Shown: piece after piece, positions 12,922 to 25,012 of the stretch
Position numbering within the stretch: the stretch's first letter is position 1
Layout: each line of letters starts with the position of its first letter
From: Pecten maximus
Lineage: Eukaryota
Assembly (NCBI RefSeq): GCF_902652985.1
Contig: NC_047026.1
Location: 2,703,307 to 2,767,306, forward strand
Reading direction: 5' to 3'
Length of the DNA: 64,000 nt
The notes under the pieces: model-generated
The model's database searches: none
The model's input: only the letters and a program-made list of their open reading frames with translations
What the model was told of the DNA's origin: nothing
Translations under genes and position numbers: made by a program

Positions 12922-13079
12922 TAATTTTCTTAGAACTATTTAATTTGATGTATTACAGTCATGTGTGTGTATGTTCTTGTTACGTGTGGTCGTTCTTGAG
13001 AGTGGTCGTAAATAGAGGACCACTGTACCAATGTATCATGGTCATTTGTATGTACTCCTTAATATTGTTTATAATGTAG

Positions 13080-13244
13080 GTAACTACTACTCCATACGAC
13101 AACAACACGAGAAAGCTGTGCTGTACTTCCAGCGGGCACTAAAACTGAATCCACACTACCTCTCAGCCTGGACCCTCATGGGCCACGAGTTCATGGAACT
13201 GAAGAATACATCTGCCGCTCTACAAGCTTACAGACAGGCTATAG
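13080..13244 (+). CDS. CDC23: CDC23 exon 9 ([55 protein letters not shown])
   Basis: Acceptor ataatgtag| and donor g|gtaaac. Near-identical to human [54 protein letters not shown]. Confidence 0.9.
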
Positions 13245-13834
13245 GTAAACCAGGAATTAATGTAGTGAATCCAATCCTGTTGTAATTGCAAGAGAAAAAA
13301 AAACTATTAAAACTTCAAGGTGAAAGAAACGCATTTGAATGTCATGCACCATGGAACATCCACCAGACAAGGAATGGTAAATAAAAATTAAGATAAATGT
13401 TGGCTGATTTGAACAGTAAGATAGCTGTCTTGGTCTTGTCCATTTTGCTAAGTGTGCCTGTTGCAGGGCTCAAAGTAGATATATTTAACAGGTGGCCTAT
13501 TTGGCTACCAAGTCATAAAGTCCAGGCGCCAATTGGAGAAGTTAGTCGCCCGGCCAAGTTGTCTAACATTTGAAAAGAAAAATCTTTTAATTCTTTAGTT
13601 CAGTGCAACATCTCTCTGAAACTTTTTCAATTGTGAACGTCATTTTAGAACTGACTGCAATTTTTGAAAGATTAAACAAATCACAAATTTTAACGGACAT
13701 GCAGTGCCTTATACGTCAATAACTGGTCGCCAATGGTGAATTTAAGGTGCCATGGCCACTAAAATAGGCGCCACTTTGAGCCCTGTGTTGATCCTGCTTC
13801 ACAAGAGTTAAATTTACTGCCTGTGTTTTATCAG

Positions 13835-13943
13835 AGGTTGAGCGGAGAGACTACCGAGCATGGTACGGACTTGGACAAACCTACGAAATCCTCAAAATGC
13901 ACTACTACTGTCTCTACTACTACAGACAAGCTCAGAAACTCAG
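13835..13943 (+). CDS. CDC23: CDC23 exon 10 ([36 protein letters not shown])
   Basis: Acceptor gttttatcag| and donor ag|gtgagt. Matches human [36 protein letters not shown]. The donor at 13944 is the first copy of a 37-bp tandem array. Confidence 0.9.
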
Positions 13944-15070
13944 GTGAGTCACCATATCATTGTCAGGCTCAGAAACTCAGGTGAGTCACCATATCATTGT
14001 CAGGCTCAGAAACTCAGGTGAGTCACCATATCATTGTCAGGCTCAGAAACTCAGGTGAGTCACCATATCATTGTCAGACTCAGAAACTCAGGTGAGTCAC
14101 CATATCATTGACAGGCTCAGAAACTCAGGTGAGTCACCATATCATTGTCAGGCTCAGAAACTCAGGTGAGTCACCATATCATTGTCAGGCTTAGAAACTT
14201 GGGTGAGTCACCATATCATTGTCAGGCTCAGAAACTCAGGTGAGTCACCATATCATTGTCAGGCTCAGAGACTCGGGTGAGTCACCATATCATTGTCAGG
14301 CTCAGAAACTCAGGTGAGTCACCATATCATTTTCAGGCTTAGAAACTCAAGTGAGTCACCATATCATTGTCAGGCTCAAAAACTCAGGTGAGTCACCATA
14401 CCATTGTTAAACTCTAAAACACAGGTGGGTCACTATATCATTGTCAGACTCGGGTGAATCACCATATCATTGTCAGGCTCAGAAACTCAGGTGAGTCACC
14501 ATATCATTTTCAGGCTTAGAAACTCAAGTGAGTCACCATATCATTGACAGGCTCAGAAACTCAGGTGAGTCACCATATCATTGTTAGACTCTAAAACACA
14601 GGTGGGTCACTATATCATTGTCAGACTCGGGTGAATCACCATATCATTGTCAGGCTCAGAAACTCAGGTGAGTCACCATACCATTGTTAGACTCTAAAAC
14701 ACAGGTGGGTCACTATATTATTGTCAGACTCTGGTGAATCACCATATCATTGTCGGGCTCAGAAACTCAGGTGAGTCACCATATCATTGTCAGGCTCAGA
14801 GACTCAGGTGAGTCACCATATCATTGACAGGCTCAGAAACTCAGGTGAGTCACCATATCATTGTTAGACTCTAAAACACAGGTGGGTCACTATATCATTG
14901 TCAGACTCGGGTGAATCACCATATCATTGTCAGGCTCAGAAACTCAGGTGAGTCACCATATCATTGACAGGCTCAGAAACTCAGGTGAGTCACCATACCA
15001 TTGTCGGGCTCAGAAACTCAGGTGAGTCACCATATCATTGACAGGCTCAAAAATTTGGGTGTGTCACCAT
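13944..15070 (+). repeat. 37-bp tandem array (gtgagtcaccatatcattgtcaggctcagaaactcag), about 30 copies. It begins exactly at the exon 10 donor, and each unit repeats the exon's last 13 nt plus the GTGAGT donor
   Basis: The first unit is the authentic splice junction ctcagaaactcag|gtgagt. Confidence 0.95.
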
Positions 15071-15390
15071 ATTACTGTTAGTCCCAGAAATAGTATTCAG
15101 GTATATATATCACTTTCACTGTTACCACCATAAGAAAGTTAAAGTCAATTCACTGTTACCACCATAAGAAAGTCAATTTAATAATTTCTACCAAAAAATG
15201 GTTAAGAAATGTTCCTTCGAATATTTGGCAAAACTGAAAACAAAGTGAACCATTCAAAGCATGCTTTACAGTATTGATAATTCCTTTAGAATACATTCAG
15301 GTAATTTGTATGGAGGTATACATATGTTGACTCTTGTAGCTATAAACTATGGAATGATTAATTTCTCATGCTTGTAAATGTTCCTTTCAG

Positions 15391-15528
15391 ACCGAATGAC
15401 TCTCGGATGGTGATGGCCCTGGGAGAGACATACGAGAAATTAGAGAGGCTGCAGGAGGCTAAGAAATGTTTCTGGAAGGCCAACTGTATAGGAGATATGG
15501 AGGGAACTGCCCTCATCAAACTAGCCAG
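15391..15528 (+). CDS. CDC23: CDC23 exon 11 (RPNDSRMVMALGETYEKLERLQEAKKCFWKANCIGDMEGTALIKLA)
   Basis: Acceptor ttcctttcag| and donor ag|gtcagt. Matches human RPNDSRMLVALGECYEKLNQLVEAKKCYWRAYAVGDVEKMALVKLAK. The last 44 nt of the exon plus the donor form the first unit of a 56-bp tandem array. Confidence 0.9.
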
Positions 15529-16452
15529 GTCAGTAATAACTGTATAGGAAATATGGAGGGAAATGCCCTCATCAAACTAGCCAGGTCAGTAATAACTGTA
15601 TAGGAGATATGGAGGGAAAATCCCTCATCAAACTAGCCAGGTCAGTAATAACTGTATAGGAGATATGGAGGGAAATGCCCTCATCAAACTAGCCAGGTCA
15701 GTAATAACTGTATAGGAGACGTGGAGGGAACTGCCCCCATCAAACTAGCCAGGTCAGTAATAAGTATGTAGGAGATATGGAGGGAACTGCCCTCATCAAA
15801 CTAGTCAGGTCAGTAATAAGTATGTAGGAGATATGGAGGGAACTGCCCTCATCAAACTAGCCAGGTCAGTAATAACTGTATAGGAGACATGGAGGGAAAT
15901 GCCCTCATCAAACTAGCCAGGTCAATAATAACTATGTAGGAGATATGGAGGGAACTGCCCCCATCAAACTAGCCAGGTCAGTAATAAGTATGTAGGAGAT
16001 ATGGAGAGAAATGCCCTCATCAAACTAGCCAGGTCAGTAATAACTGTATAGGAGATATGGAGGGAAATGCCCTCATCAAACTAGCCAGGTCAGTAATAAC
16101 TGTATAGGAGATATGGAGGGAAATGCCCTCATCAAACTAGCCAGGTCAGTAATAACTGTATAGGAGATATGGAGGGAACTGTCCTCATCAAACTAGCCAG
16201 GTCAGTAATAACTGTATAGGAGATATGGAGGGAACTGTCCTCATCAAACTAGCCAGGTCAGTAATAAGTATGTAGGAGACGTGGAGGGAACTGCCCTCAT
16301 CAAACTAGCCAGGTCAGTAATAAGTATGTAGGAGATATGGAGGGAACTGCCCTCATCAAACTAATCAGGTCAGTAATAAGTATGTAGGAGATATGGAGAG
16401 AAATGCCCTCATCAAACTAGCCAGGTCAGTAATAACTGTATGGGAAATATGG
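15485..16452 (+). repeat. 56-bp tandem array, about 17 copies. It begins 44 nt before the end of exon 11, and each unit is the exon's 3' end plus the GTCAGT donor plus 6 nt of intron
   Basis: The unit tgtataggagatatggagggaactgccctcatcaaactagccag|gtcagtaataac repeats with a 56-nt period. Confidence 0.95.
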
Positions 16453-18745
16453 AGGGATCTTTCTCAAATTTCATATGTAGGTTCCCCTTGGTGCCTAGTT
16501 ATGCATATTGCGTTTTGAGACCAATCTGAAAACAACATGGCCGACAGGCAGCCATCTTGGATTTTGACAATTGAAGTTTGTTATCGCTATTTCTGAGAAA
16601 GTACTGAAGGGATCTTTCTCAAATTTCATATGAAGGTTCCCCTTGGTGCTTAGTTATGCATATTGCGTTTTGAGACCAATCGGAAAACAACATGGCCGAC
16701 AGGCAGCCATCTTGGATTTTGACAATTGAAGTTTGTTATCACTATTTCTGAGAAAGTACTGAATGGATCTTTCTCAAATTTCATATGTAGGTTCCCCTTG
16801 GTGCTTAGTTATGCATATTGCGTTTAGAGACCAATCCGAAAACAACATGGCCGACAGGCAGCCATCTTGGATTTTGACAATTGAAGTTTGTTATCACTAT
16901 TTCTGAGAATGTACTGAATGGATCTTTCTCAAATTTCATATGTAGGTTCCCCTTGGTGTCTAGTTATGCATATTGGGTTTTGAGACCAATCTGAAAACAA
17001 CATGGCCGACAGGCAGCCATCTTGGATTTTGACAATTGAAGTTTGTTATCGCTATTTCTGAGAAAGTACTGAAGGGATCTTTCTCAAATTTCATATGAAG
17101 GTTCCCCTTGGTGCCTAGTTATGCATATTGCGTTTTGAGACCAATCGGAAAACAACATGGCCGACAGGCAGCCATCTTGGATTTTGACAATTGAAGTTTG
17201 TTATCACTATTTCTGAGAAAGTACTGAAGGGATCTTTCTCAAATTTCATATGTAGGTTCCCCTTGGTGCTTAGTTATGCATATTGCGTTTTGAGACCAAT
17301 CCGAAAACAACATGGCCGACAGGCAGCCATCTTGGATTTTGACAATTGAAGTTTGTTATCACTATTTCTAAGAATGTACTGAATGGATCTTTCTGAAATT
17401 TCATATGTAGGTTTCCCTTGGTGTCTAGTTATGCATATTGGGTTTTGAGACCAATCTGAAAACAACATGGCCGACAGGCAGCCATCTTGGATTTTGACAA
17501 TTGAAGTTTGTTATCGCTATTTCTGAGAAAGTACTGAAGGGATCTTTCTCAAATTTCATATGAAGGTTCCCCTTGGTGCCTTGTTATGCATATTGCGTTT
17601 TGAGACCAATCCGAAAACAACATGGCCGTCAGGCAGCCATCTTTGATTTTGACAATTGAAGTTTGTTATCGCTATTTCTGAGAATGTACTGAATGGATCT
17701 TTCTGAAATTTGATATGTAGGTTTCCCTTGGTGCCTAGTTATGCATATTGCGTTTTGAGACCAATCAGAAAACAACATGGTCGACAGGCAGCCATCTTGG
17801 ATTTTGACAATTGAAGTTTGTTATCACTATTTCTGAGAAAGTATTTAAGGGATCTTTCTCAAATTTCATATGTAAGTTTCCCTTGGTGCCTAGTTATGCA
17901 TATTGCATTTTGAGACCAATCAGAAAACAACATGGCTGACAGGCAGCCATCTTGAATTTTGACAATTGAAGTTTGTTATCGCTATTTCTGAGAAAGTACT
18001 GAATGGATCTTTCTGAAATTTCATATGTAGGTTTCCTTTGGTGCCTAGTTATGCATATTGCGTTTTGAGACCAATCAGAAAACAACATGGTCGACAGGCA
18101 GCCATCTTGGATTTTGACAATTGAAGTTTGTTATCACTATTTCTGAGAAAGTACTGAATGGATCTTTCTGAAATTTCATATGTAAGTTTCCCTTGGTGCC
18201 TAGTTATGCATGTTGCATTTTGAGACCAATCGGAAAACAACATGGCCAACAGGCAGCCATCTTGGATTTTGACAATTGAAGTTTGTTATCGCTATTTCTG
18301 AGAAAGTACTGAAGGGATCTTTCTCAAATTTCAAATGGAGGTTCCCCTTGGTGCCTCGTTATGCTTATTGCATTTTGAGATCAATTGGAAAACAATATTT
18401 CTGACAGACTGCCATCTTGGATTTTGACAATTGAAGTTTGTTATCTCTATTTCTCAAAGTACTGAATGGATCTTTCTCAAATTTCATAAGTAGGTTCCCC
18501 TTGGTCCCATGTATTGCATTTTTGGACCAGTCTGTCCTGAAAACAACCTGGCAAACAAACAGCCATTATCGTTAAATCTCAAATTTCTTATATAGCTAGG
18601 ATTCCCTTGTTTGAAAAGTACTGGAGGGATGTCTCAATTTGCACAGATTAGTAAAATGAAGGGAAAAGTAGAGAAAAGATCAATCTGACATGGAACCTAT
18701 GAAGATCATTCAATGGTGGGCGCCAAGATCCCTCTGGGATCTCTT
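16453..18745 (+). mobile_element. Satellite-bearing composite element: about 13 copies of a 154-155-bp satellite plus a roughly 250-bp tail ending in a GATCCCTCTGGGATC hairpin
   Basis: The period is visible (gggatctttctc recurs at 16455, 16609 and 16764). The terminal sequence cattcaatggtgggcgccaagatccctctgggatct is shared, reverse-complemented, with the elements at 43893, 49865 and 51757. Confidence 0.8.
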
Positions 18746-18997
18746 GTTTCTTTTCTTTTTTTTTAATTTCTGGTCATTTTTATGGCAGTTGTGTCTCTTT
18801 CGGTTATGATTGTAAAAAGAATCTTTTCCAGACAATTTCCTTGCCGTCTCCATCCAAACTTGTTTGGAAATTTCACTGATGTAGTCACCATACACTATGC
18901 ACTTGCTGTTTTACTGTTTTAACTGTTTTATTATGGCAGTTATGGTAGACACTGTAATCATTAAACTAGCCAGGAGGGTGTAGTTAATGGGAAATTT

Positions 18998-19001
18998 GTG
19001 T

Positions 19002-19050
<49 letters not shown>
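18998..19050. repeat. (GT)9 followed by G35, a homopolymer
   Basis: Visible directly. Confidence 0.9.
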
Positions 19051-19197
19051 CTTGTTATATCCTAGAAACTGCAAATTGCAAAACCATTTTTGTCATGAAT
19101 CAATATTTCAAAAAATTACACACATGAAATTGTATTTCAAATAGGCCATTCAAAATATTTGATGTGATTATAATAAACATTTCTATCATTGTCACAG

Positions 19198-19276
19198 ACT
19201 TCATGAGAAACTACATGAGGAAGACCAGGCAGCCTCTGCCTACACAGACTACATCAACGAGGCCAGTCGACAGGGG
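19198..19276 (+). CDS. CDC23: CDC23 exon 12 ((R)LHEKLHEEDQAASAYTDYINEASRQG)
   Basis: Acceptor tgtcacag| and donor ggg|gtaagt. Matches human LHEQLTESEQAAQCYIKYIQD. Confidence 0.8.
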
Positions 19277-19502
19277 GTAAGTCTACTTCATCAGGCGTGC
19301 TTTAATGTCACCTGTCATATATTGTCAACAGGGAGATAATGACATGTACTTATGATAAGTGCTTTGTTTGTCGTTAATGTTTATGGTGTAAATAAATGAA
19401 TGTAAGAAATGTCATTTTAGTGTAAACGTGTATCAATGTATAATTCAGTAATTAGTAAGGAGATACTTTTGCCAAAAAACTAGACTGATTTTTTTCTGCC
19501 AG

Positions 19503-19619
19503 AACTACAATCCTGAGGACCAGAGTCAAGCGTACAAGTATCTAGCTAACTACCACCTAAAACTTGGACAGCTAGACGAGGCGTTCACTGCTGCCCAGAA
19601 GTGTTCTGAATTCCCAGAG
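19503..19619 (+). CDS. CDC23: CDC23 exon 13 (NYNPEDQSQAYKYLANYHLKLGQLDEAFTAAQKCSEFPE)
   Basis: Acceptor ttttctgccag| and donor gag|gtttgt. Matches human AFRYLAQYYFKCKLWDEASTCAQKCCAFNDTRE. Confidence 0.85.
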
Positions 19620-19849
19620 GTTTGTAGTCATTGCCATCTTCTCTCTCTTCATGTTTACTGTAACAATGATGTGGTCGTTGACCATCACTAGATAGTGTTT
19701 ATAATTCTACCCAAGTGAATTAGGTCAGTTCAAGCGTGATGTAAGATATATTTGGTTATATTTGCTGAGGATTTAGTTTCCTTATAACCGCGGTCATTAA
19801 ATTCAACACGAAAATAAAAACCAGCGAAGTGTGCGTTAATATGCCTGAC

Positions 19850-20240
19850 AATTGAAACAGAATGTAGTTAATGCTTAAATAAGCCCATGCCTGGTAAACA
19901 GAATATAGTGTAATGCTTAAATAAGCCCATGCCTGGTAAACAGAATGTAGTGTAATGCTTAAATAAGCCCATGCCTGGTAAACAGAATATAGTGTAATGC
20001 TTAAATAAGCCCATGCCTGGTAAACAGAATATAGTGTAATGCTTAAATAAGCCCATGCCTGGTAAACAGAATGTAGTGTAATGCTTAAATAAGCCCATGC
20101 CTGGTAAACAGAATATAGTGTAATGCTTAAATAAGCCCATGCCTGGTAAACAGAATATAGTGTAATGCTTAAATAAGCCCATGCCAGGTAAACAGAATGT
20201 AGTTAAATGCTTAAATAAGCCCATGCCTGGTAATAAGCCC
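19850..20240. repeat. 42-bp minisatellite, about 9 copies, in CDC23 intron 13
   Basis: aagcccatgc recurs at 19881, 19923 and onward. It generates the spurious ORF 19868..20242 (the MGLFKH repeat). Confidence 0.9.
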
Positions 20241-20400
20241 ACCCTGGTCTATGGCAGTTTATGTGTTGGCCCACTGGGTTGATTACAGGATAAATACGGT
20301 AATAATTAACAATTATAGCTTTTATACAAGTTTAGAGAAGAAAGATGTAGTTGCCTGGTAATTAATCTAAAAGTGAGTTTAACCAATTTTTCACCTGCAG

Positions 20401-20583
20401 ACCAGAGAAGAGGCAAAGGGTATTCTTCGAGATATACAGAGTCTTCGTGCACAGAAGGAAGGCCTGAGTACTCCAATGAGAATGGACGACAGTATGGGGT
20501 CCATCACGACGGAGCGCTTCCACACCAACGATCATACGCCGATTGGTCGCCTCTCTCCTGTCAACCTCAAGTTCACACCCTGA
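20401..20583 (+). CDS. CDC23: CDC23 terminal coding exon (TREEAKGILRDIQSLRAQKEGLSTPMRMDDSMGSITTERFHTNDHTPIGRLSPVNLKFTP*)
   Basis: Acceptor tcacctgcag|. The stop TGA is at 20581-20583. The C-terminus GRLSPVNLKFTP parallels human RRVSPLNLSSVTP. Confidence 0.85.
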   Translation, partial: TREEAKGILRDIQSLRAQKEGLSTPMRMDDSMGSITTERFHTNDHTPIGRLSPVNLKFTP

Positions 20584-20991
20584 CAAAAGTTGTAGCTACA
20601 GACTTGAAATCTAACATTGCATAACTTTTGATAGTGTAACCAACAGCAGAGAGCAAGGATATTGTCAGAAAAAAAATGTAATTTGAATGAATTGAGCAAG
20701 GATCTTGTGCCATAACCAGTCTGGGCAAGTTGCAGCTATCCTTGTTAGATAAGTGAGGTTAATCTGATTGATAGCAAACGTACCCCAATCAACTTATATT
20801 CCAAAGTATGAACATTCACATCAAAAGATTATGAATCTCTTGAATGTTTCTACTGACGATTTTTACGGGAATCTTTTTAAACTTCCACCTAGTGAAGTAA
20901 TCAGAAGAGAGGCTGTACCGACAACTAACTACTGTTCTGTACTGTGTTAGCGATCGTATACTTTTTTGTTGTTACTGTATTATCATGTTAT

Positions 20992-20997
20992 AATAAA
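20992..20997 (+). promoter_or_regulatory. Candidate AATAAA polyadenylation signal for CDC23, about 410 nt after the stop
   Basis: This is the first AATAAA downstream of the stop codon. Confidence 0.35.
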
Positions 20998-21099
20998 ATA
21001 TAACTACCTATTTTTGTTTTATTTCATTATCCTTATTACCATGTAATCTGATTACTAAATAATTTTATGTGTGTAGATATTGTCTATGTTAGAGGAAAT

Positions 21100-21365
21100 T
21101 CCAGTCCTGTATTTACGAGGAAATTCTGAATAAAGTTTTGTACTCTTGAGGGAATTCCGGTCCTATATCCCCGAGGGAATTCCAGTCCTGTATCCATGAG
21201 GGAATTCCAGACCTGTATCCATGAGGGAATTCTGGTCCTGTATCCCTGAGGGAATTTCCAGTCCTGTATCCCTGAGGGAATTTCCAGTCCTGTATCCCTG
21301 AGGGAATTTCCAGTCCTGTATCCCTGAGGGAATTCCAGTCCTGTATCCCTGAGGGAATTTCCAGT
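21100..21365. repeat. Minisatellite of about 25-26 bp (gagggaattccagtcctgtatccct), about 10 copies
   Basis: Visible directly. It generates ORF 21113..21376. Confidence 0.9.
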
Positions 21366-23548
21366 CCTGTATTCATGAAACAGTTTCCTTTCTCAAGTTA
21401 TGTGCTCTAAACATCTGAACACAAGTCAGAACAGCACTCATAATTTCACCGATAATTAAATATTCTAGTACGTTCTCACAGTACAGACTCCGAGGATGAG
21501 CCAAAGAGGGGCTACTCGTGTCAAAACGATGCTTCCACTGCCATATATGTATAAGACCACCCATGGTGATTCCGTTACCATGGAAACAGGTTATTCTGTT
21601 CATACAATATATATTTTATATATATCACTGTACACACACTATGTGTATTTGTCTATAACAAAAGAATAAGACACCTGTCATATTCAGATAATTTTATTTC
21701 GTTTAATGCTGCAATATACATACTGTATTTTAGCTGTTAAATATAAAACCACCTATTTCCCATGATATTCGGTTAGCCTGATAACCCACTCACTTATTTA
21801 TAAATACTACGATCACTTACACCTCATACCATATACTTGTCATTAAGGTAGAGTCCCATCACTTACACACCTTCATCAGAATTGTTTTTGTATAAATTTA
21901 TCTTTATTTCCTTATTCATACACAGTTTAATTATGTTATAGATTTTCGTCCCTTTACAGGGAAGCAACTCTTATTCAGAAATATTGGAACTCTTCTTTGT
22001 AGGAGATACAATAAAGATCACTGGGACATTCTACCTTAAGGCAATGTTGTTTATGATTTTTAACACCTATATAAAACTTAGGACTGGTATATCAGTATTA
22101 ACTCAAAATAAATATATCTACTCCAGTATGGCAAGATAATAGTGTTCTAGACTGTAATTAAAAAACCTAGCTATAATGCTATTTATATTGAGTTTGTAGG
22201 TATATAGAGATATACATTATTAATTTCACTTTACTACAAATCTGAATGTTAAATTCAGAATGTCAGCCAAGTTTGTTCTTTATAAAAGTTGTGAATTTCT
22301 AGCATTTTGTATACACAAAATTTCACATGATATTTTTCCATAATTACACGCAAGAATATGAACTCGGACGGAAAGGTCATGCATTTCTGTAGAAAATGAA
22401 ATAATCACTAAAATTTAATGATTCCGAATTAAATTAACTTCTACAAAAACTGTTAAGACTTCCTGAGTTTATACTTAAATTACAAAACTTTAACAAACAT
22501 TATTCTAGCTAGTGTAAACAAAAACAAACATTTGGTGTATACATATACTGTATACAGAAATTTCTCTCCAAAGTGACATTTTCACAGTACAGTGAGTTCA
22601 AAGTGATGCTGAATGAATGTACTGATTTGAGTAAGACTACATATCTAGCACTCATGACACATGTACTACTACAAACTACTGTCAGTAAGGAGTAAAATAA
22701 AATTATTGATAAAACATTTTTGTCCTCTTGTCAAGTGATAGTTTCCCCATATACATTAAATTTGTGGTTTAAATTTTAAGGTTTCAAGATCATGCTGTAA
22801 AATCTGCTTCTCTATAAAACTGTAAATGTAGAAAAGTATATTAATTTTACATTATCATCTTGTAACCGTAAATTCAAACCACAAATTTTGGTAAATGTAA
22901 ACTTTATTTTACAACAATTGTGAAACAAGATATATCAACTTAGTAATATATCAATCATGCTTGTTGGTCCAGTATAAAGCATGTTAGGTGTCTTACTGTG
23001 GGAGGAAACCGGAGTACCGGGGAAAACCCACGCGGTCGGGCAGGTGACCCCATACCTTTTCACGTCCAATTGGAAAATTTTAAAATTAGTACATGTACTG
23101 TATATATGAAAACTTTCACTTGAATAGAGGGCAACATTAGAAATAAAGTTTGAGGTTAAAGCTGAATTTTATTATTACCGATGGAAATCATTGAGAGCAA
23201 TAGTAGACAAATTTACCACAGGGCCAAAAAGAATCAAGTTTATGTAAGGACGAAAAAAGCTTGGTGAATCTTTCATAATATAGAGCAATGCACTAATTTG
23301 TATATTCACAAATGTAAAGATCTCTGTGACATCCGCGATAAATAGACTAGTCCTTTTTTTATAAAAATTATGAGAAAAAAAATCAAGAAAAAAAACTGAT
23401 TAAGTTAAATGTACATAATACATACTTATGTTGTATGAATCTAAACAAAGGATTTATCTTCTCATTTTCACATAACAAACAAAAAATGTTTAAGAAAAGG
23501 TACAGGCACCTTTCTGATATAAACTCCACGAAAACATGGTCCCATGTG

Positions 23549-23578
23549 CACACACACACACACACACACACATACACA
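23549..23578. repeat. (CA)n microsatellite
   Basis: cacacacacacacacacacacatacaca. Confidence 0.95.
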
Positions 23579-24962
23579 GATATTGGCATATGTTTAACAA
23601 TTTCAGATCTATAATTGTGTACTTCGGTCTCAGAACACTGTCTATATACAAAATTAATGTATTTCCAGGCCGCAAGCAAAATTTTCTAATGCCACTGTTT
23701 TTCAAGAATAGTTTTCACAAAAATGTTTTTGGCAATATAACGAAGAAAATTCATTATGTGACGGCAAAGGAAAACTATTTGACTTCCCAGCTGCTTGAGC
23801 ACTATATAGGTACTGGTAAAATTCAGTGGTAGACAACATTTCCACTTTTGATTACTAAATACAATTATGTCAAGATTTTGACACCATATTTTAAGGCTAA
23901 GCATGTTATATATATACATATCACAGAAGTTAAATGTCCGAGACAACCTCATCCAAATTATATTTGATACACACAATATATCACAGACACTCACCAGCAT
24001 ATTTAAACACAAACCAACGTACACATGTAGCAAATTGTCCTTCTAACAGATGTTCTTGAAATTAACCGAAATATGGCACATTTTAAATTCATCATCTCAT
24101 TTGAGAATTATTCATAATATTTCGTTTTCACAAAATGTTTATCCAAAAATATGTATGCCAATTTTTTCCATTTTCCATTTCTAAAACATATTTCACATAA
24201 AATTTGAATGATATTACTATCTTAAATTTTATGTATATTGAAGGAAATGTAATTTTTTATCGAGGATTTATTTACAAATCTGCCTAGTAAGATGGTCCTA
24301 CACTATGAATAAATTAACTAACTTGTCTATGATGCTATGGAAACAAATTCTACACTGATACAAGAATCCAGGTCTTTTCAAAGAAGAGGCTAACTTTGTT
24401 TGTCAGATTTCTGTAATACAGTCCGCTGGACTTTCTACAACAAGAAAATAAAAACATTTCATTAAATAAATTTCATATCAGAATCGAAAATTTCAGCAGT
24501 TGCAGCAGTCAATTTTTATGCATGACTTTCTGGGTTTTCATTTGCATTTTTTATATTTTCGATTTGTACAGGACTTTCTTTAAACATTACTCATTTTGCA
24601 ATTTACACATTACTGGTACAGAAGTCATGACACCTCAAGTATATATATACAGTATATATATAGATCACTTTGAAAGAATTCTGAACAGTTTGCAAATCCT
24701 AGTCATCCTGGGTTTTGAATCCAAAACGTGGGTTTTTTTGAAAACTTGCTGGGTTAATAAGGGTTATTTACTCTCAGACTGGGTGTTTTCAAAAACCAGA
24801 TCAACCCGGGAAATCGCGTGAGTTATAAACACTACAAAGTGGCTTCTGATAATTTTCTGAATATATTATATGGACTTACAATTATGTGAACTAAAGTCAC
24901 TGTACTTAATATGGTAATACATGTACTAAAATTTGCTAATTTAAAGGCAATTGCTGAGAAAA

Positions 24963-24968
24963 TTTATT
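24963..24968 (-). promoter_or_regulatory. Candidate AATAAA polyA signal of the giant gene, about 150 nt after its stop
   Basis: AATAAA on the minus strand. The 3'UTR between the stop and this signal contains a C29-A14 homopolymer tract at 25009-25051. Confidence 0.35.
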
Positions 24969-25008
24969 TCAGACACAGTTGCATTACTTAAACATGCTAG
25001 TCAGACAA

Positions 25009-25012
25009 TTTT

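Noticed and set aside
13480-13800. Possible inverted repeat around ggcctatttggc.../...gccactaaaataggcgcc in CDC23 intron 9
   Set aside because: The complementarity is short and imperfect. It is not convincing.
16440-18500. Many small ORFs (MAACRPCCF..., MLFSDWSQN...) are reported on both strands inside the 155-bp satellite, and again at 52694-53091
   Set aside because: They repeat with the satellite period and are an artefact of translating tandem DNA. There are no splice or start context signals.
19868-20242. 124-aa ORF with MGLFKHYTIFCLPG repeats on the minus strand
   Set aside because: It is a translation of the 42-bp minisatellite inside CDC23 intron 13.
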